This document shows positions 19,756 to 30,685 of a DNA stretch of 64,000 bases, in pieces. The stretch lies in NCBI GenBank assembly GCA_046483845.1, contig JAWOCK010000027.1, positions 11,738-75,737 of the forward strand, written 5' to 3'. Every line of letters begins with the position of its first letter. Position 1 is the first letter of the stretch. The DNA comes from Thermoplasmatota archaeon (GTDB lineage Archaea > Thermoplasmatota > Penumbrarchaeia > Penumbrarchaeales > Penumbrarchaeaceae). The notes under the pieces are model-generated. The model worked only from the letters and a program-made list of their open reading frames with translations, had not been told where the DNA came from and ran no database searches. Position numbers and translations under genes: made by a program.

Positions 19756-22700
19756 CCCGTTGCGATAAGGGATATCCATCTGTTGGAGGACCCTGTATTT
19801 CTTGCCATATCCACCGCGTAGACCTCTATCTTCCACGGGACCGAGGTACTTGCCCATGCCGGGACGAGGAGATCGCCTTCGAAGAAGGATGTCTCGTTCC
19901 ATGACAGGGAGACGTTGACCGCCTCCGTCCTGTTCTCCATACACCTAAGGACCACGAAGACATCCGATATGGTCGGGAAAGCGGTCTGGTCCTCCAGTAC
20001 GTTGACGTGGACCGTATGGTATCTATCCACTTCCCAGTTCTCACCTTCGGCAGGACTGAGTATATCGATCTCAGGGCTCAACGTATCTATGACGGCTCCA
20101 AAAGAGGTCTCTCCCTCGTTGTGCAGATCGTCCACTATGATCGCGAGAATGGTAATGGGTCCCTCTGGTAATGGGTTGGCCAGGAGATCATACGTTCCTA
20201 TCCATTCATGCTCGTGTGTCCAGGGAGGCATCGGCTCGGCCATTTCCAAAGGCGTTACCCCACCATGATCGTCCAGTATCTCCACCATTATGGACACCGC
20301 AGTGGGATCCTCTGTCCAGACATAGACCTCGAAGTAATCATTGAAGAATGGGGGATCGCCGGTGGGGTCCGTCTCTATGACGAACTCCGGAGCGGTCCTG
20401 TCCACATCGATATCGAAGGTGAAATAGTCAGAGACCCTTCCATAGCTGTCCCGTGTTGAGATATTGAAATGCCATACATCCTCCGGAAGTTCGGAGAGGT
20501 TCAGATGCAGATCGTATATCTTCAGGTCCCCTTCGGTCCTGTTGAATATCGGATCGATGGTATACTCCTTCTGAGGTCCCGGCGGGATATCGTAATAGAT
20601 ATCAAAGAAAGAATCCACATGCATTGAACCGTTCACACCGATCTGGACCGTGGTGTTGGTGTTCCTCCTTTCCGGTATCGGAAGGAGGCTCTCGATGCTG
20701 GGGGGCACGGGATCCCAGAGTATATCGTCCCTGAACCACGGCCACGGTTCGAAATCATCGTAGACTATTCTGTAGAACAACTTATCATAGTCCCCCTTGG
20801 GGAGATCATCCAGAGAATGCCATTCTCCCAGAGGTATCTCGATGGTGCCTGTGGAATTGGTCGGTCCCTCTAACCTGATCTCTCCGTGTCCGTCACCTGG
20901 GTCAATGGTCGGTGGGACATCGATCCCTCCTATCCTCACACTCATTCCGGGATACAGCACCGCCCAGCTACCGGAGAAGTTCTCGTACCTCACAGGTTCC
21001 GGATCCCACATTATCTTCGGTCTGTCGAAGTTCCTCCAGACGGTGAAGTTCCAGGGATCTGTCCACGGAGTGTCGACCTCATCATTCTCCCATCTGTACC
21101 TGAGCTTCCACCACCAGGTACCGTTTGGAATGTCCTCCGGTATGGGCCAGGATGTGGTGTTCCACGGTAGCGTCCATTTATACCATGGATGAGCGAAGGT
21201 GGAGGTATTGTCGATCCAGAGTTCTATCCGCATCTCCTCTGTCAGGTTCTCCACCAACCATTCGATATATCTCGGGTCCGGGTCCCACATTATGTGTTCG
21301 TCGTCCGGGGGACCCATTGGTGTTATCACGGGTGGTTGCTTCATTGTGATCCTGAACCCTTCTGAGAATTTGAGGGACCCGTCGAGCCTCGTCTTTATAA
21401 TGATCACCTGCTGATATCCTTCCGGTATGTGGACCAGACCATCCTCACCCTTCTCCAGGGCAACGGTCTCGTATTCCCTGGAGCCGTCCTCCTTTATCTT
21501 GACGACAGTCAGCTGCCACCGCGATCTGTTGGTCTTTGGTTCGAAGGAGACCAAACCCGAGGTACCGTTCATTTCGTACTTGTTGATCCTCGAGCCATAC
21601 TGCTCGACCTGCTCGTCGTCGGTCACGGGATCATGACCGTTGAACTCGTGTTCGTTGTCGATGGCCGTGTTCTGGAAGTCCGGATCGCCCTTATACTGGG
21701 GGAACCTGTTCTCCAGCCTATAAAGGTTGAACTCGCTGAGAAGCTCCTCGAAGCTCATTCCCGTGGCCTCCTCGATCGCCTTTATTCCCGTGGTATCATT
21801 GCCGGTTCCCGGATTGTTTACAACTGCATTGTAGATATCCACCACGATATCCTCGCCGAACTTGTCGCTCAGGAACTTCATGAAAAGGAATGAGCCGGCG
21901 TAGTAGTGACCGGAATGCACGTAGGACCTGTTGTATGTACCGGGCCACTCCGTGAATATGTCATACCATGAATAATGATAGTAGTCATAGATGTTCAGAC
22001 TGCCTGCCGAATCCAGCTCTTCCTCAACTTCCTGCCATGTCTTGTTGAAGTTTTTCATGGCCGATATCCTGCCGATGTACTCAGCTGTTCCCTCGTCTAT
22101 GAAATTGTTCTTCCAGGGATTTATATGGGAGCTGCCATCGTCCCTTTTTGCGAACTGGAAGTTGTGGGTCATCTCGTGCTCGACGGTCTGTTTCGATGCA
22201 ACCTTGTTGGAACCAATGTCCACCTCTATCTCCCCGTTGGAATTGCATGCACCCGAATAGGTGCCGTTGGCGGTGATGGTGATCTTCACGAACGGGTCCC
22301 CGTTGCTGTCTGTGCCGGATGCCATTGCGTCCCCGAAGCCCATCTCCTTGAGAAGATTGTAGGTGAAGTTCAGGTATTCCTTTACATCATCGATAGTATC
22401 CTCATCCACTGAATGACCTGCCGGGATACCCACGGAGACATTTATATCGAGATATCTCCAGTCCTCACCCGTTTCGTTGACCTCTATCTTATTCTGCCTT
22501 CCGTTGACCAGATATGCATTCCAATCGTCATTGGGGCTCAGGTCCATCTTGATGATATTGTTCGACCCTGGTGATGAGGGACCAACGGTCCAGTAGGAAT
22601 GTTCATCATTATCAGTGCCCTGCAGAGAAATGCTTTCATTCTCTCCGGGTGCAGGAATATAATCATGTATGTTCCAGCCATCCCTTGGGGTGTCACCATT

Positions 22701-23426
22701 GCCGGTCCCCCATCCGACGAAGTCGATGAGATTGTCGCTCTTGTCGAAGATGGCAAGTTCGTCTCCGTCATCGGAAAGAACATCCTCGCCCATATCAAGG
22801 TAGACCTCGGCATTTCCATCCGAGCCATCCAGGTCGTCCGTACCATTTCCAGTATGGAACAGAATGAAACCGAACATCTCCAGACCGGTTACGGTAGGGA
22901 TCGTGAAGAGCGGTTCGTCGAATGTGGTGACCCTCCATCCCTCGGTGGTCCCGGGTCCGGTGCCGCGTATATAGACCTCGAACCATTCACCGGAAGGGTT
23001 CACCTCGGAGATAGAGGCCTGCAGCGGATTGGTGGATATCATGTCGTTACCGAGTCCATCGTAAGGGTCTATTTCCTCATCACCGATGTCATCTTTCTTT
23101 GAGTCATCCTCCTGGAGCATGATCACTATGCCGATACCAATGACCGATAGGATCATCAATGCCACTATTCCAATTGTGATGAGTTTCCTGCCCGGCTCTT
23201 CTTCATTGGATGGTCTGGAAAGTTCATCCTCTATTTCCTCTTCCGACTCCTCGTCCTCTAATTCTTCTTCCTCGAGGTCCTCCTCTTCCTCGTAGTCCTC
23301 ATCATCTTCTAGCTCTTCGTCCTCGAGGTCCTCTTCTTCCTCGATATCATATTCATCCTCATCAAGCTCTTCTTCTTCCAGTTCATCTTCTTTTTTCTTT
23401 TTCCCTTTCCTGGATTCCCCGGACAT
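19752..23426 (-). CDS. Type II membrane-anchored giant protein: acidic cytoplasmic N-tail, signal-anchor TM, lamin-tail-like domain, HExxH zinc-metallopeptidase-like domain, Trp-rich repeats
   Basis: N-terminus KGKKKKEDELEEEELDEDEYDIEEEED... (about 100 aa, >60% D/E). TM LITIGIVALMILSVIGIGIVIML. ISEVNPSGEWFEVYIRGTG resembles a lamin-tail domain. HEMTHNFQ....EGTAEY (HExxH + downstream Glu). W-rich segment WYKWTLPWNTTSWP..WWWKLRYRW. Convergent 4-bp overlap with pdxT. Confidence 0.6.
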   Translation of the reverse strand: MSGESRKGKKKKEDELEEEELDEDEYDIEEEEDLEDEELEDDEDYEEEEDLEEEELEDEESEEEIEDELSRPSNEEEPGRKLITIGIVALMILSVIGIGIVIMLQEDDSKKDDIGDEEIDPYDGLGNDMISTNPLQASISEVNPSGEWFEVYIRGTGPGTTEGWRVTTFDEPLFTIPTVTGLEMFGFILFHTGNGTDDLDGSDGNAEVYLDMGEDVLSDDGDELAIFDKSDNLIDFVGWGTGNGDTPRDGWNIHDYIPAPGENESISLQGTDNDEHSYWTVGPSSPGSNNIIKMDLSPNDDWNAYLVNGRQNKIEVNETGEDWRYLDINVSVGIPAGHSVDEDTIDDVKEYLNFTYNLLKEMGFGDAMASGTDSNGDPFVKITITANGTYSGACNSNGEIEVDIGSNKVASKQTVEHEMTHNFQFAKRDDGSSHINPWKNNFIDEGTAEYIGRISAMKNFNKTWQEVEEELDSAGSLNIYDYYHYSWYDIFTEWPGTYNRSYVHSGHYYAGSFLFMKFLSDKFGEDIVVDIYNAVVNNPGTGNDTTGIKAIEEATGMSFEELLSEFNLYRLENRFPQYKGDPDFQNTAIDNEHEFNGHDPVTDDEQVEQYGSRINKYEMNGTSGLVSFEPKTNRSRWQLTVVKIKEDGSREYETVALEKGEDGLVHIPEGYQQVIIIKTRLDGSLKFSEGFRITMKQPPVITPMGPPDDEHIMWDPDPRYIEWLVENLTEEMRIELWIDNTSTFAHPWYKWTLPWNTTSWPIPEDIPNGTWWWKLRYRWENDEVDTPWTDPWNFTVWRNFDRPKIMWDPEPVRYENFSGSWAVLYPGMSVRIGGIDVPPTIDPGDGHGEIRLEGPTNSTGTIEIPLGEWHSLDDLPKGDYDKLFYRIVYDDFEPWPWFRDDILWDPVPPSIESLLPIPERRNTNTTVQIGVNGSMHVDSFFDIYYDIPPGPQKEYTIDPIFNRTEGDLKIYDLHLNLSELPEDVWHFNISTRDSYGRVSDYFTFDIDVDRTAPEFVIETDPTGDPPFFNDYFEVYVWTEDPTAVSIMVEILDDHGGVTPLEMAEPMPPWTHEHEWIGTYDLLANPLPEGPITILAIIVDDLHNEGETSFGAVIDTLSPEIDILSPAEGENWEVDRYHTVHVNVLEDQTAFPTISDVFVVLRCMENRTEAVNVSLSWNETSFFEGDLLVPAWASTSVPWKIEVYAVDMARNTGSSNRWISLIATG

Positions 23427-23533
23427 AAAAGTACCCCCATTCCGTATCCTATGGACCTTGAAAGAACAAACTATTTTGTATATAATAATTTACCTGCTTT
23501 GATAATGCATATTTGTCAAATAACTGGTGACTT

Positions 23534-24229
23534 CTATCTGTTCGCACCTCTCTCCTTACCCATCATTATCCAATAGCATAACAGTCCGAAGATGAGCCCG
23601 GCACTGCCGAAGATAGTCCAGAATATTACCCTGTTTTTGATATTGTCCGGTCCTTCCTCCATGCCAGGCGGGGTTTTCATCGAGACAACGAACTCCTTTG
23701 TCTCATTCGCACCGTGAGGATCGCTTACCCTGACCCGTAATATCTTGGTCCCGGGATAGACCCATCTCCGGAAGGTCCGGCTGACTACCACAGGATCCTC
23801 TTCATCCTGGAGGAACCATTCCACGGTAATTTCATCCCCTTCCACATCCTCGGCTACCACGGTCATTACAAGCGGGTTCTCCGCATCGGTGAGGTTCTCG
23901 GGGCCGATCACCTCCAGAATAACAGGGGCATCGTTCACGGGAATTACCTCCACATCAATGGTGAACTCGGCGCTTCCATTGGAGAGGGTCACATTGGAGG
24001 CCCCGTTCCAGTTCTCACTCGATGAGATGTTCAATGCTCCCCCCTCCAGAAGTTCGACTTCAAGGCCTTCTCCCGGTTCGAAGCTAATGTTATCGGGTGT
24101 GTCCCGGGGGAAGAGAACGGAGAGATCAAGGTCATAGGACGCGGATGTATCCTCATCAAAGGTGACCAGTCCTTCGACCGATCCGATACATGCCATAAGG
24201 GCGACCATGAACAAGAACCTGTTCCCCAT
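23534..24229 (-). CDS. Secreted Ig/cadherin-like domain protein with C-terminal TM anchor
   Basis: Signal peptide MGNRFLFMVALMACIGSVEG. VIPVNDAPVILEV motif typical of bacterial cadherin-like/Ig domains. C-terminal TM VIFWTIFGSAGLIFGLLCYWIMM. Confidence 0.5.
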   Translation of the reverse strand: MGNRFLFMVALMACIGSVEGLVTFDEDTSASYDLDLSVLFPRDTPDNISFEPGEGLEVELLEGGALNISSSENWNGASNVTLSNGSAEFTIDVEVIPVNDAPVILEVIGPENLTDAENPLVMTVVAEDVEGDEITVEWFLQDEEDPVVVSRTFRRWVYPGTKILRVRVSDPHGANETKEFVVSMKTPPGMEEGPDNIKNRVIFWTIFGSAGLIFGLLCYWIMMGKERGANR

Positions 24230-24313
24230 GAAGGTCCATCGGGCAATAGATATTAAACGGTTTCAGCCTGCCAGGGACAAATATGAAATAACCTGTTCCC
24301 TCATTCAACCTGT

Positions 24314-24829
24314 ATGAGGGGTATCTTCATAGGACGCTTCCAACCGTTCCATAAAGGCCATCTTTCCATAATCGAGGAAGCCCTGGGAGTGGTCGACGAG
24401 CTTGTCATCGGCATCGGTTCGGCAGAGAGTTCTTTCACGGAAAAGGACCCTTTCACGGCCGGAGAGCGTATTGAGATGCTCCGGGCCGTGATAAGGAAGA
24501 GGTACTGGCAGGACAGGATCATCCTTGTTCCGATCAGGGACGTAAACAGGTATTCGATCTGGGTCTCCCATGTGGTCTCGTTAAGCCCCAGAATAGATGT
24601 GGTCTTCTCCAACAATCCGCTTACCGTGACGCTCTTCAAGGAGGCCGGCTACAAGGTCACTTCGACCAAGCTCGTGGAAAGGGAGAACTACTCCGGGATC
24701 GGGATTAGGAAAAGGATAGCAGAGGGTGTGGAATGGGAACACCTGGTACCCGAACCGGTCAGCAGCGTTATCTTATCATTAGAGGGAGATAAGAGGATCA
24801 AGAACCTGATGAAGAGGGGAGGGATATGA
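24314..24829 (+). CDS. nadM: Nicotinamide-nucleotide adenylyltransferase, archaeal type
   Basis: GIFIGRFQPFHKGH (HxGH nucleotidyltransferase motif in archaeal NMNAT context), ~170 aa. Confidence 0.85.
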   Translation: MRGIFIGRFQPFHKGHLSIIEEALGVVDELVIGIGSAESSFTEKDPFTAGERIEMLRAVIRKRYWQDRIILVPIRDVNRYSIWVSHVVSLSPRIDVVFSNNPLTVTLFKEAGYKVTSTKLVERENYSGIGIRKRIAEGVEWEHLVPEPVSSVILSLEGDKRIKNLMKRGGI

Positions 24830-25305
24830 GAGAGAATTGGAAGATGCTGATAGACACAGCAGTAAAGAAGAAGATATGGCTGTCCACCGCCGAATCATGC
24901 ACCGGTGGACTGATATCCTCCAGGATCACCGATGTCCCCGGTGCATCGGAATGTTTCAAAGGAGGTGTGGTATCCTATTCCAACTGGGTAAAGATCGAGG
25001 TCCTGGGTGTGCAAGAGAGCACACTGAGGGAGTATGGAGCTGTCAGCAGGGAGTGCGCCAGGGAAATGTCCCGGGGAGCTATGAGGGTTCTTGGTTCGGA
25101 CCTATCCGTTGCTGTAACCGGGATCGCCGGACCCGGAGGAGGCACGAGAGAAAAACCGGTGGGAACCGTTTACATATCGGTCCGAAGCAGGGATGGATAT
25201 GATGATACTAGGCTCTTCCATCTCGAGGACCTCTCAAGGGATCGGTTCAAGGTGGAGACGGCATCGAGGTCCCTACGAATGCTGATAGACGCACTCGAAG
25301 CTTAG
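24826..25305 (+). CDS. pncC: CinA C-terminal domain protein / NMN deamidase (PncC-like)
   Basis: STAESCTGGLISSRITDVPGAS and VAVTGIAGPGGGT motifs of the CinA C-terminal domain. ATGA start/stop coupling with nadM. Confidence 0.8.
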   Translation: MRENWKMLIDTAVKKKIWLSTAESCTGGLISSRITDVPGASECFKGGVVSYSNWVKIEVLGVQESTLREYGAVSRECAREMSRGAMRVLGSDLSVAVTGIAGPGGGTREKPVGTVYISVRSRDGYDDTRLFHLEDLSRDRFKVETASRSLRMLIDALEA

Positions 25306-25346
25306 CAGATAATGTTTTTACCCTATGAGCCGATACCAGGAAGGTG

Positions 25347-26702
25347 ATGCAAATGGACCCTGTCTGTGCCCTGGATTATCGATATGGAAGAAAGGAGATG
25401 AAGGACCTCATGTCGTATAGAGCGAGGGTGGAGAGATGCCTGGAGGTCGAAGCCGCACTGGCCAGGGCACATGCCGGTATAGGCAACATCCCGGAGGAGG
25501 CGGCGAAGGAGATATCCAGAAAAGCCTCGCTCGAACATGTGGACCTGGAAAGGGTGGAGGAGATCGAATCCTCCATCCGTCATGATGTGATGGCCATAGT
25601 CAATGCTCTTACCGAGCAGTGTAATGGCGAAGCGGGCAGGTATGTCCATCTGGGAGCCACATCCTATGACATCGTCGATACCGCACTGGCCATGCAGATG
25701 AGGGATGCCCTTAAGATCATCGACGATGACCTCGGGCGGCTTGAGACGGTACTGATAAGCAGATCAAAGGAGCACAGGGACCTGGTCATGCTCGGCAGGA
25801 CCCATGGACAGTATGCTGTACCGATAACCCTCGGTCTGAAGATGGTGGTATGGTTGGCCGAGTTCCATCGACACAGAACCAGGTTGAAGGAGATGCTTCC
25901 GAGACTTCTCGTGGGAAAGATGTCCGGTGCAGTGGGCACCGGAGCCGCCCTGGGAGAGAATGCATTCAGGATTGAGAAGATGGTCATGGATGAACTCGGT
26001 CTGGGAAGGGAGGAAGCTGCGACACAGATAGTACAAAGGGACAGGATGATCGAGATGCTCTCTCATCTGTCGAACATATCCGTTTCCGTGGAAAAGGTCG
26101 CAACCGAGATCAGGACGCTCCAGAGACCCGAGATAGCGGAACTTTCCGAACCCTTCGACCAGAAGAATCAGGTGGGTTCCTCAACAATGTCCCACAAGAG
26201 AAATCCAATAATCTGCGAGAACGTCACTGGGCTTGCAAGGACCCTTCGTGGTTTCCTGAACCCCGCCTTCGAAAGTGCTGTCCAGTGGAATGAGAGGGAC
26301 CTGTCCAACTCATCCTCCGAACGCCTTATACTGCCCCATGTAATGGTTTTAATGGATGAGATCCTGTACAAGATAACAAAGGTACTGGATGGTCTTCAGG
26401 TGAATAAGAAGAGTATCTCCGATAACCTGAGGAATGCGGGAGACGTCATCATGGCCGAATCGGTGATCATGACCCTGGTGAAGAGGGGAATGGGTAGACA
26501 AGATGCACATGAGGTGACAAGGAAGGCTGCAATGAGGTCCTATTCCGGGACACCCTACAAAACGGCACTACTTCAGGAAAAAAAGGTATCGGAACTCCTT
26601 TCCTCGGAGGAGCTTGAGAAGGCACTGGACCCCGCCCGATATACCGGCGTGGCGGGTGAACGGGTGGATAAGGTCATAGAGATGGTGAAAGATTCACCAT
26701 AA
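25347..26702 (+). CDS. purB: Adenylosuccinate lyase
   Basis: LDYRYG N-terminal motif, fumarate-lyase family signature GSSTMSHKRNP, ~450 aa. Track start 25344 is GTG; ATG at 25347. Confidence 0.9.
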   Translation: MQMDPVCALDYRYGRKEMKDLMSYRARVERCLEVEAALARAHAGIGNIPEEAAKEISRKASLEHVDLERVEEIESSIRHDVMAIVNALTEQCNGEAGRYVHLGATSYDIVDTALAMQMRDALKIIDDDLGRLETVLISRSKEHRDLVMLGRTHGQYAVPITLGLKMVVWLAEFHRHRTRLKEMLPRLLVGKMSGAVGTGAALGENAFRIEKMVMDELGLGREEAATQIVQRDRMIEMLSHLSNISVSVEKVATEIRTLQRPEIAELSEPFDQKNQVGSSTMSHKRNPIICENVTGLARTLRGFLNPAFESAVQWNERDLSNSSSERLILPHVMVLMDEILYKITKVLDGLQVNKKSISDNLRNAGDVIMAESVIMTLVKRGMGRQDAHEVTRKAAMRSYSGTPYKTALLQEKKVSELLSSEELEKALDPARYTGVAGERVDKVIEMVKDSP

Positions 26703-29572
26703 CAAAGTAGGCATTTCAATGGCCGAGGAAGACCAACCCTTTTCATCCAGAAGGAACCTTCCGCTGCTTTCCTCGTAGGAGAACACGTTCAGCATTTCAT
26801 TATCATGTACGATATCCTTGACCTCCGAGACATGGTGCGATACGAACATGAGCTCCCTGGACGAGAATTCCGTAGGCACCGATGTGACCCAGGAGGGAAC
26901 GGACTCGGCCATGATGATGTCGATCCTCTCTTCTTCATGCAGTGATATGTCAGATAAGATATGCGGACCCGCTCCCCATATGGTACCCCTTACAATATCG
27001 ATCAGTGCCCCCGATGATAACAGCCGCAGTATAATATCCATATCGTTGACCTTTATCAAAAGGTCCCTGGCGACAGGATGGGCCATATCAGTTCCCTTGA
27101 GGGCGACGGAAATACCGAACCAGAGGTCCTTCTGAACTGCATGATCCGCGATCTCGTGGAGATGGTCCAGACAGTTTGCTTCCCCCAGTTTATCGGGGGC
27201 TTCGAGCCGGGAAGATGCTTCCAGTACTATGGGTCCCGCCTCCTGATCGTTCCTTCCCGCAAGTACGAAGGACATGGTGAGTTTGTTATCCTTCTGTGAG
27301 CTGTCGGTTTCCAGATATTGACCGGGCACCGACCAGGTCCTGATATTGAAGGACGGACCTCTTGCTATCCATCCGGACCTGATGAAGAGGTCCCCTACCT
27401 GGTCCGAAGCTGTTTTCGGGTCCAACGGTCCGTCATCTATGTAACGGCCGCCAAGTGTTCCCCTAATGGAGAACTCTTCACTCTCCGGTCTGAGGTCGAC
27501 CCGGAGCCCTGATCCGGTCTCCAATCCCGCCTCCACCTTGTTCTCCCCGGACCTAGGGCCGAAAAAGGAGATCCTTATCTCTCCTACCGGCAGCTTGGAT
27601 GTCAGGTCCATCCTGTCCTTGATATCGGAGTAGCTGAACTTGAACATATGCCCCTCGACCATAACGGTCCCTAGGTCCTCCACATGTATCCCGGGTTTTT
27701 CTATGTGATCTCTCCAGAACAAATCTAGATCCGACCAGATGTTCGGGTCCGCTGACCAGGCACCGAGATGCTTGACCAGGGTCATTGCCTGGGTCTGGAA
27801 AATCTTTCTCAGGGTGATATCATCGATGATTCCCATTTCCATGTTCCACTGCATGTTCCTGAGCTGGGATGTGAGTAGTCCTACTCCCTGTTTTATTTCC
27901 CTGTACAATTTGTCCTCGAATATCTCCGTGGCGTTGGACTCCTCGGTGATGTACCAACCGGTCATCAGATCGGTCCAGTACATTCTGCCCTGGTTGATGT
28001 TCTCGAAGAGGAAACCATCATTGTTGGGCCGCTCGTCGAACCAGGTATGTATCCTCAGGGGAAGATCGAACGATATGGTACTTTTGGTCCTGTTCCGGTT
28101 CAGGACGTTACCCCCGTATCCTTCGTTTTCACCGTTCAGGTCCATCTCGCCCGTTATCCTGAGGTCCCACTGGACCCTGTAGTTGTGCCCAGGGGGTTTT
28201 TGCGGCGGTGGAATTGCACCGCATCTTTCACCAGGTAGTCCACCCACCGCGACCAGTTCGGAGGCATCAAGGTCAGGGTTGGAGTCGGTGAACCATGCTC
28301 TCGGTTCATCCAGCCCCTTGACCTGAAGGTCCCTGCCCAGTATCATATAGCTTTGATCAGGTTCAATCCTTGGTAGGATGCGGTGGACCGTTCCGTTCTC
28401 CACCTCGTCAAAGCGATCCCGGGGGGAGACCCCTATGCCTTCGGGGTCCGGAAATGAGGTATGATGCTCCAATGCAAAGGCATCGGTTTTGTCCGATGGT
28501 TCTCTCTCGCTCAACAGGTTTTTGTCCTCCAGTGGTGATGAAATGTCCAGCATGTTCAGGTCCTCATTGCGTCCCCATTTATCCAGGAACAGGTACCTTG
28601 CGAATATGTCAGCCGGGTCGCCGTGACCCGCCTGTAGAGCCGAGGATATCAGGTCCGGAAGATATCTCCTGAGCCGGGTCCCGGCCTTTCTCCAAGTTTC
28701 CCTATAATTCTCCTTCTCCGCTTCCCCCCATATCCTTAGCCCCGTCGGGTTGGTAACGACTTCTATGTCCTGGTCCAGGAAGAAAGCATCGATGTCGTTT
28801 ACAAGGTTCTCCGGCATCTGTCCTGTCCACCTGGATATCCTCAGGGCCAGGGCGATGTTGAAGGCCAGCTCCACGTCCCCATCGTTAAGCACGTTCAGGT
28901 CCGATTGTCCCGCGCCGGATCCCCAATCGTTCTTGGTCCTGGTCCTTGCCAGGGTGTTCAGCATGTATTCCATGTCCCTTGACATTCCGGAACTCCAGCC
29001 GTTCATGTCCTTCTCTATGATCCCGATCAGTTCGAGCAAACCCCTCTCAGGGTCCACGACCTCGTTCTCATAGGATATGATGTCTTCAAAGGACCTTTCA
29101 TCCCCTTCAAGAAGTACACGGATCTGCGTTCTGGTCCTCACAGCCGGTAGAAGGGGCAAGGCACCGGAACCACCGTACATCATCGAATTCCTTAGTAACA
29201 CCTCCGAATCACCATAAAGGTTCCCAGGGGGCACTGGTACGTCCAGGTATAATTCTGTCTCCGCAGCCTCCACATCCACCGAGAGAACGGTCATGATATG
29301 ATCTTTGACCATGACCCTATTGGATGATATCCACTCCTTGCTCTTTATCTCGATCTGTCTTTCTATCTCCTCCATGTCCATGCTCTCCATGGTGGAGAGT
29401 GTTGAATGCGTAAGGGAGATGAGCTGCTGTCTCGCGGTTCCCGTTTCAGCACCTGACCGGGTCTTTTCCTCCTTTCCTTCCAGGTAGCTGAAGATGTATA
29501 CCCCACCCATTGTAGAGATAATGAGAGTGGCTATCACGATCACTGCTCCGATCTTTCCGCTCGTTTTCATTC
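26694..29572 (-). CDS. Large secreted/membrane-anchored protein of unknown function (~959 aa)
   Basis: ATG at 29570 (MKTSGKIGAVIVIATLIISTMGG signal-anchor) preceded by GGAGGGG. ATGA-type coupling to the upstream ORF. No confident domain assignment. Confidence 0.5.
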
Positions 29573-30154
29573 CGACCCCTCCGCCTGGATTTCCAATGAG
29601 ATGAATATGGTTCTGTCCGCCCCCACCGACACCTCTCTTGTCAGTGTCAATGGCTCCCCGGTCATATTTCCCCACTGCTTTTCGTATTCGCCGGCTCCTT
29701 CTCCCCAACCCTGACCGGTGCGTGAATGGAAACCGAACGAGGAGGGGACATTGAAAACGAACTCTATCAGGTCGAAGAGCTGTGCGTCGATGACCTTGAT
29801 GTGTTCCTCATCGAACCCCTCGGAGAAGAGAAGCTCGAAGGTTATTGGAAGAGGAACGTTCTGATATGTTCCTTCATCTGTATGTACTGTATCCAGTGTG
29901 GAGGATAATAATATGTCCATCTTCCGGTCCTTAATATCTCCTTCTTCTGCCGCTTCCTCGCCTGTAAGAAAACCCGGAAGAACACCTCCTATGAACAATG
30001 CTGCGGCAAACATTATCGCGAATGAGGCTGCTGCGGCGGACATGGGTATCTCGAACCTTCTTTTCCGGGAACCCTCTTCACTGAGGATATCAGGTCCTTC
30101 GGTTTCATTCACGGAGCACCACCTCCAACCTGGCCGGCAGGAGGCTCCCGTCAT
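29567..30154 (-). CDS. Small membrane/secreted protein (195 aa), co-oriented and translationally coupled with 26694..29572
   Basis: TM segment AAAASFAIMFAAALFIGGVL. Stop overlaps the downstream start. Confidence 0.4.
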   Translation of the reverse strand: MTGASCRPGWRWCSVNETEGPDILSEEGSRKRRFEIPMSAAAASFAIMFAAALFIGGVLPGFLTGEEAAEEGDIKDRKMDILLSSTLDTVHTDEGTYQNVPLPITFELLFSEGFDEEHIKVIDAQLFDLIEFVFNVPSSFGFHSRTGQGWGEGAGEYEKQWGNMTGEPLTLTREVSVGADRTIFISLEIQAEGSE

Positions 30155-30530
30155 TCATGTCTGCCAATACTATCCTGCTGGAGCTTTTCTCACTAGCATT
30201 CGGTCTGGAATCGAAATCCTCCCTGTCCGGCAGGAATATAGTGACGTTCTTTCCACGCATGGGAGCCAATTCGATACATGCGGCACGCCCGGATATTATT
30301 TCGCTTTCATTCAGGCCTAAGCTGGACAGCGACGATATCGAGATCGCGCCTTCCCTTTCCAGGATGTCGATGAGCTCAATGCAGTCCTTTTCAAGGTCGC
30401 TGGTCCTCTGCTCATCCCCTGTCCTGTCCATGGCTATGGCTCCTCCTGCCGCAAGTGCAGCCATACCCAGGACGATCAATACCACAGGGATAACCCTTTT
30501 TGGTGGCCTTGTTGTGTCATGTCCTTCCAT
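30105..30530 (-). CDS. Small membrane protein (141 aa)
   Basis: N-terminal TM VIPVVLIVLGMAALAAGGAIAM. Overlaps the next gene by 50 bp in a different frame. Confidence 0.35.
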   Translation of the reverse strand: MEGHDTTRPPKRVIPVVLIVLGMAALAAGGAIAMDRTGDEQRTSDLEKDCIELIDILEREGAISISSLSSLGLNESEIISGRAACIELAPMRGKNVTIFLPDREDFDSRPNASEKSSSRIVLADMNDGSLLPARLEVVLRE

Positions 30531-30685
30531 ACCGGGATCAGACCTCCGTTGACCTGAATGGTATCAATAATCAATACGAATGTGATTTTAAACTTCCGGT
30601 ACAGATGCGTCACATATATCTGAAAGGTAAAACGGGGAACAGAAGGTTTAATATCCCAAAACGTTCAATCATTACGAAATGAGGT

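Noticed and set aside
21429-22412. Plus-strand ORFs (154, 145, 89 aa) inside the 1224-aa minus-strand gene
   Set aside because: Antisense to a continuous 3.7-kb ORF with coherent domain content; typical GC-skewed shadow ORFs.
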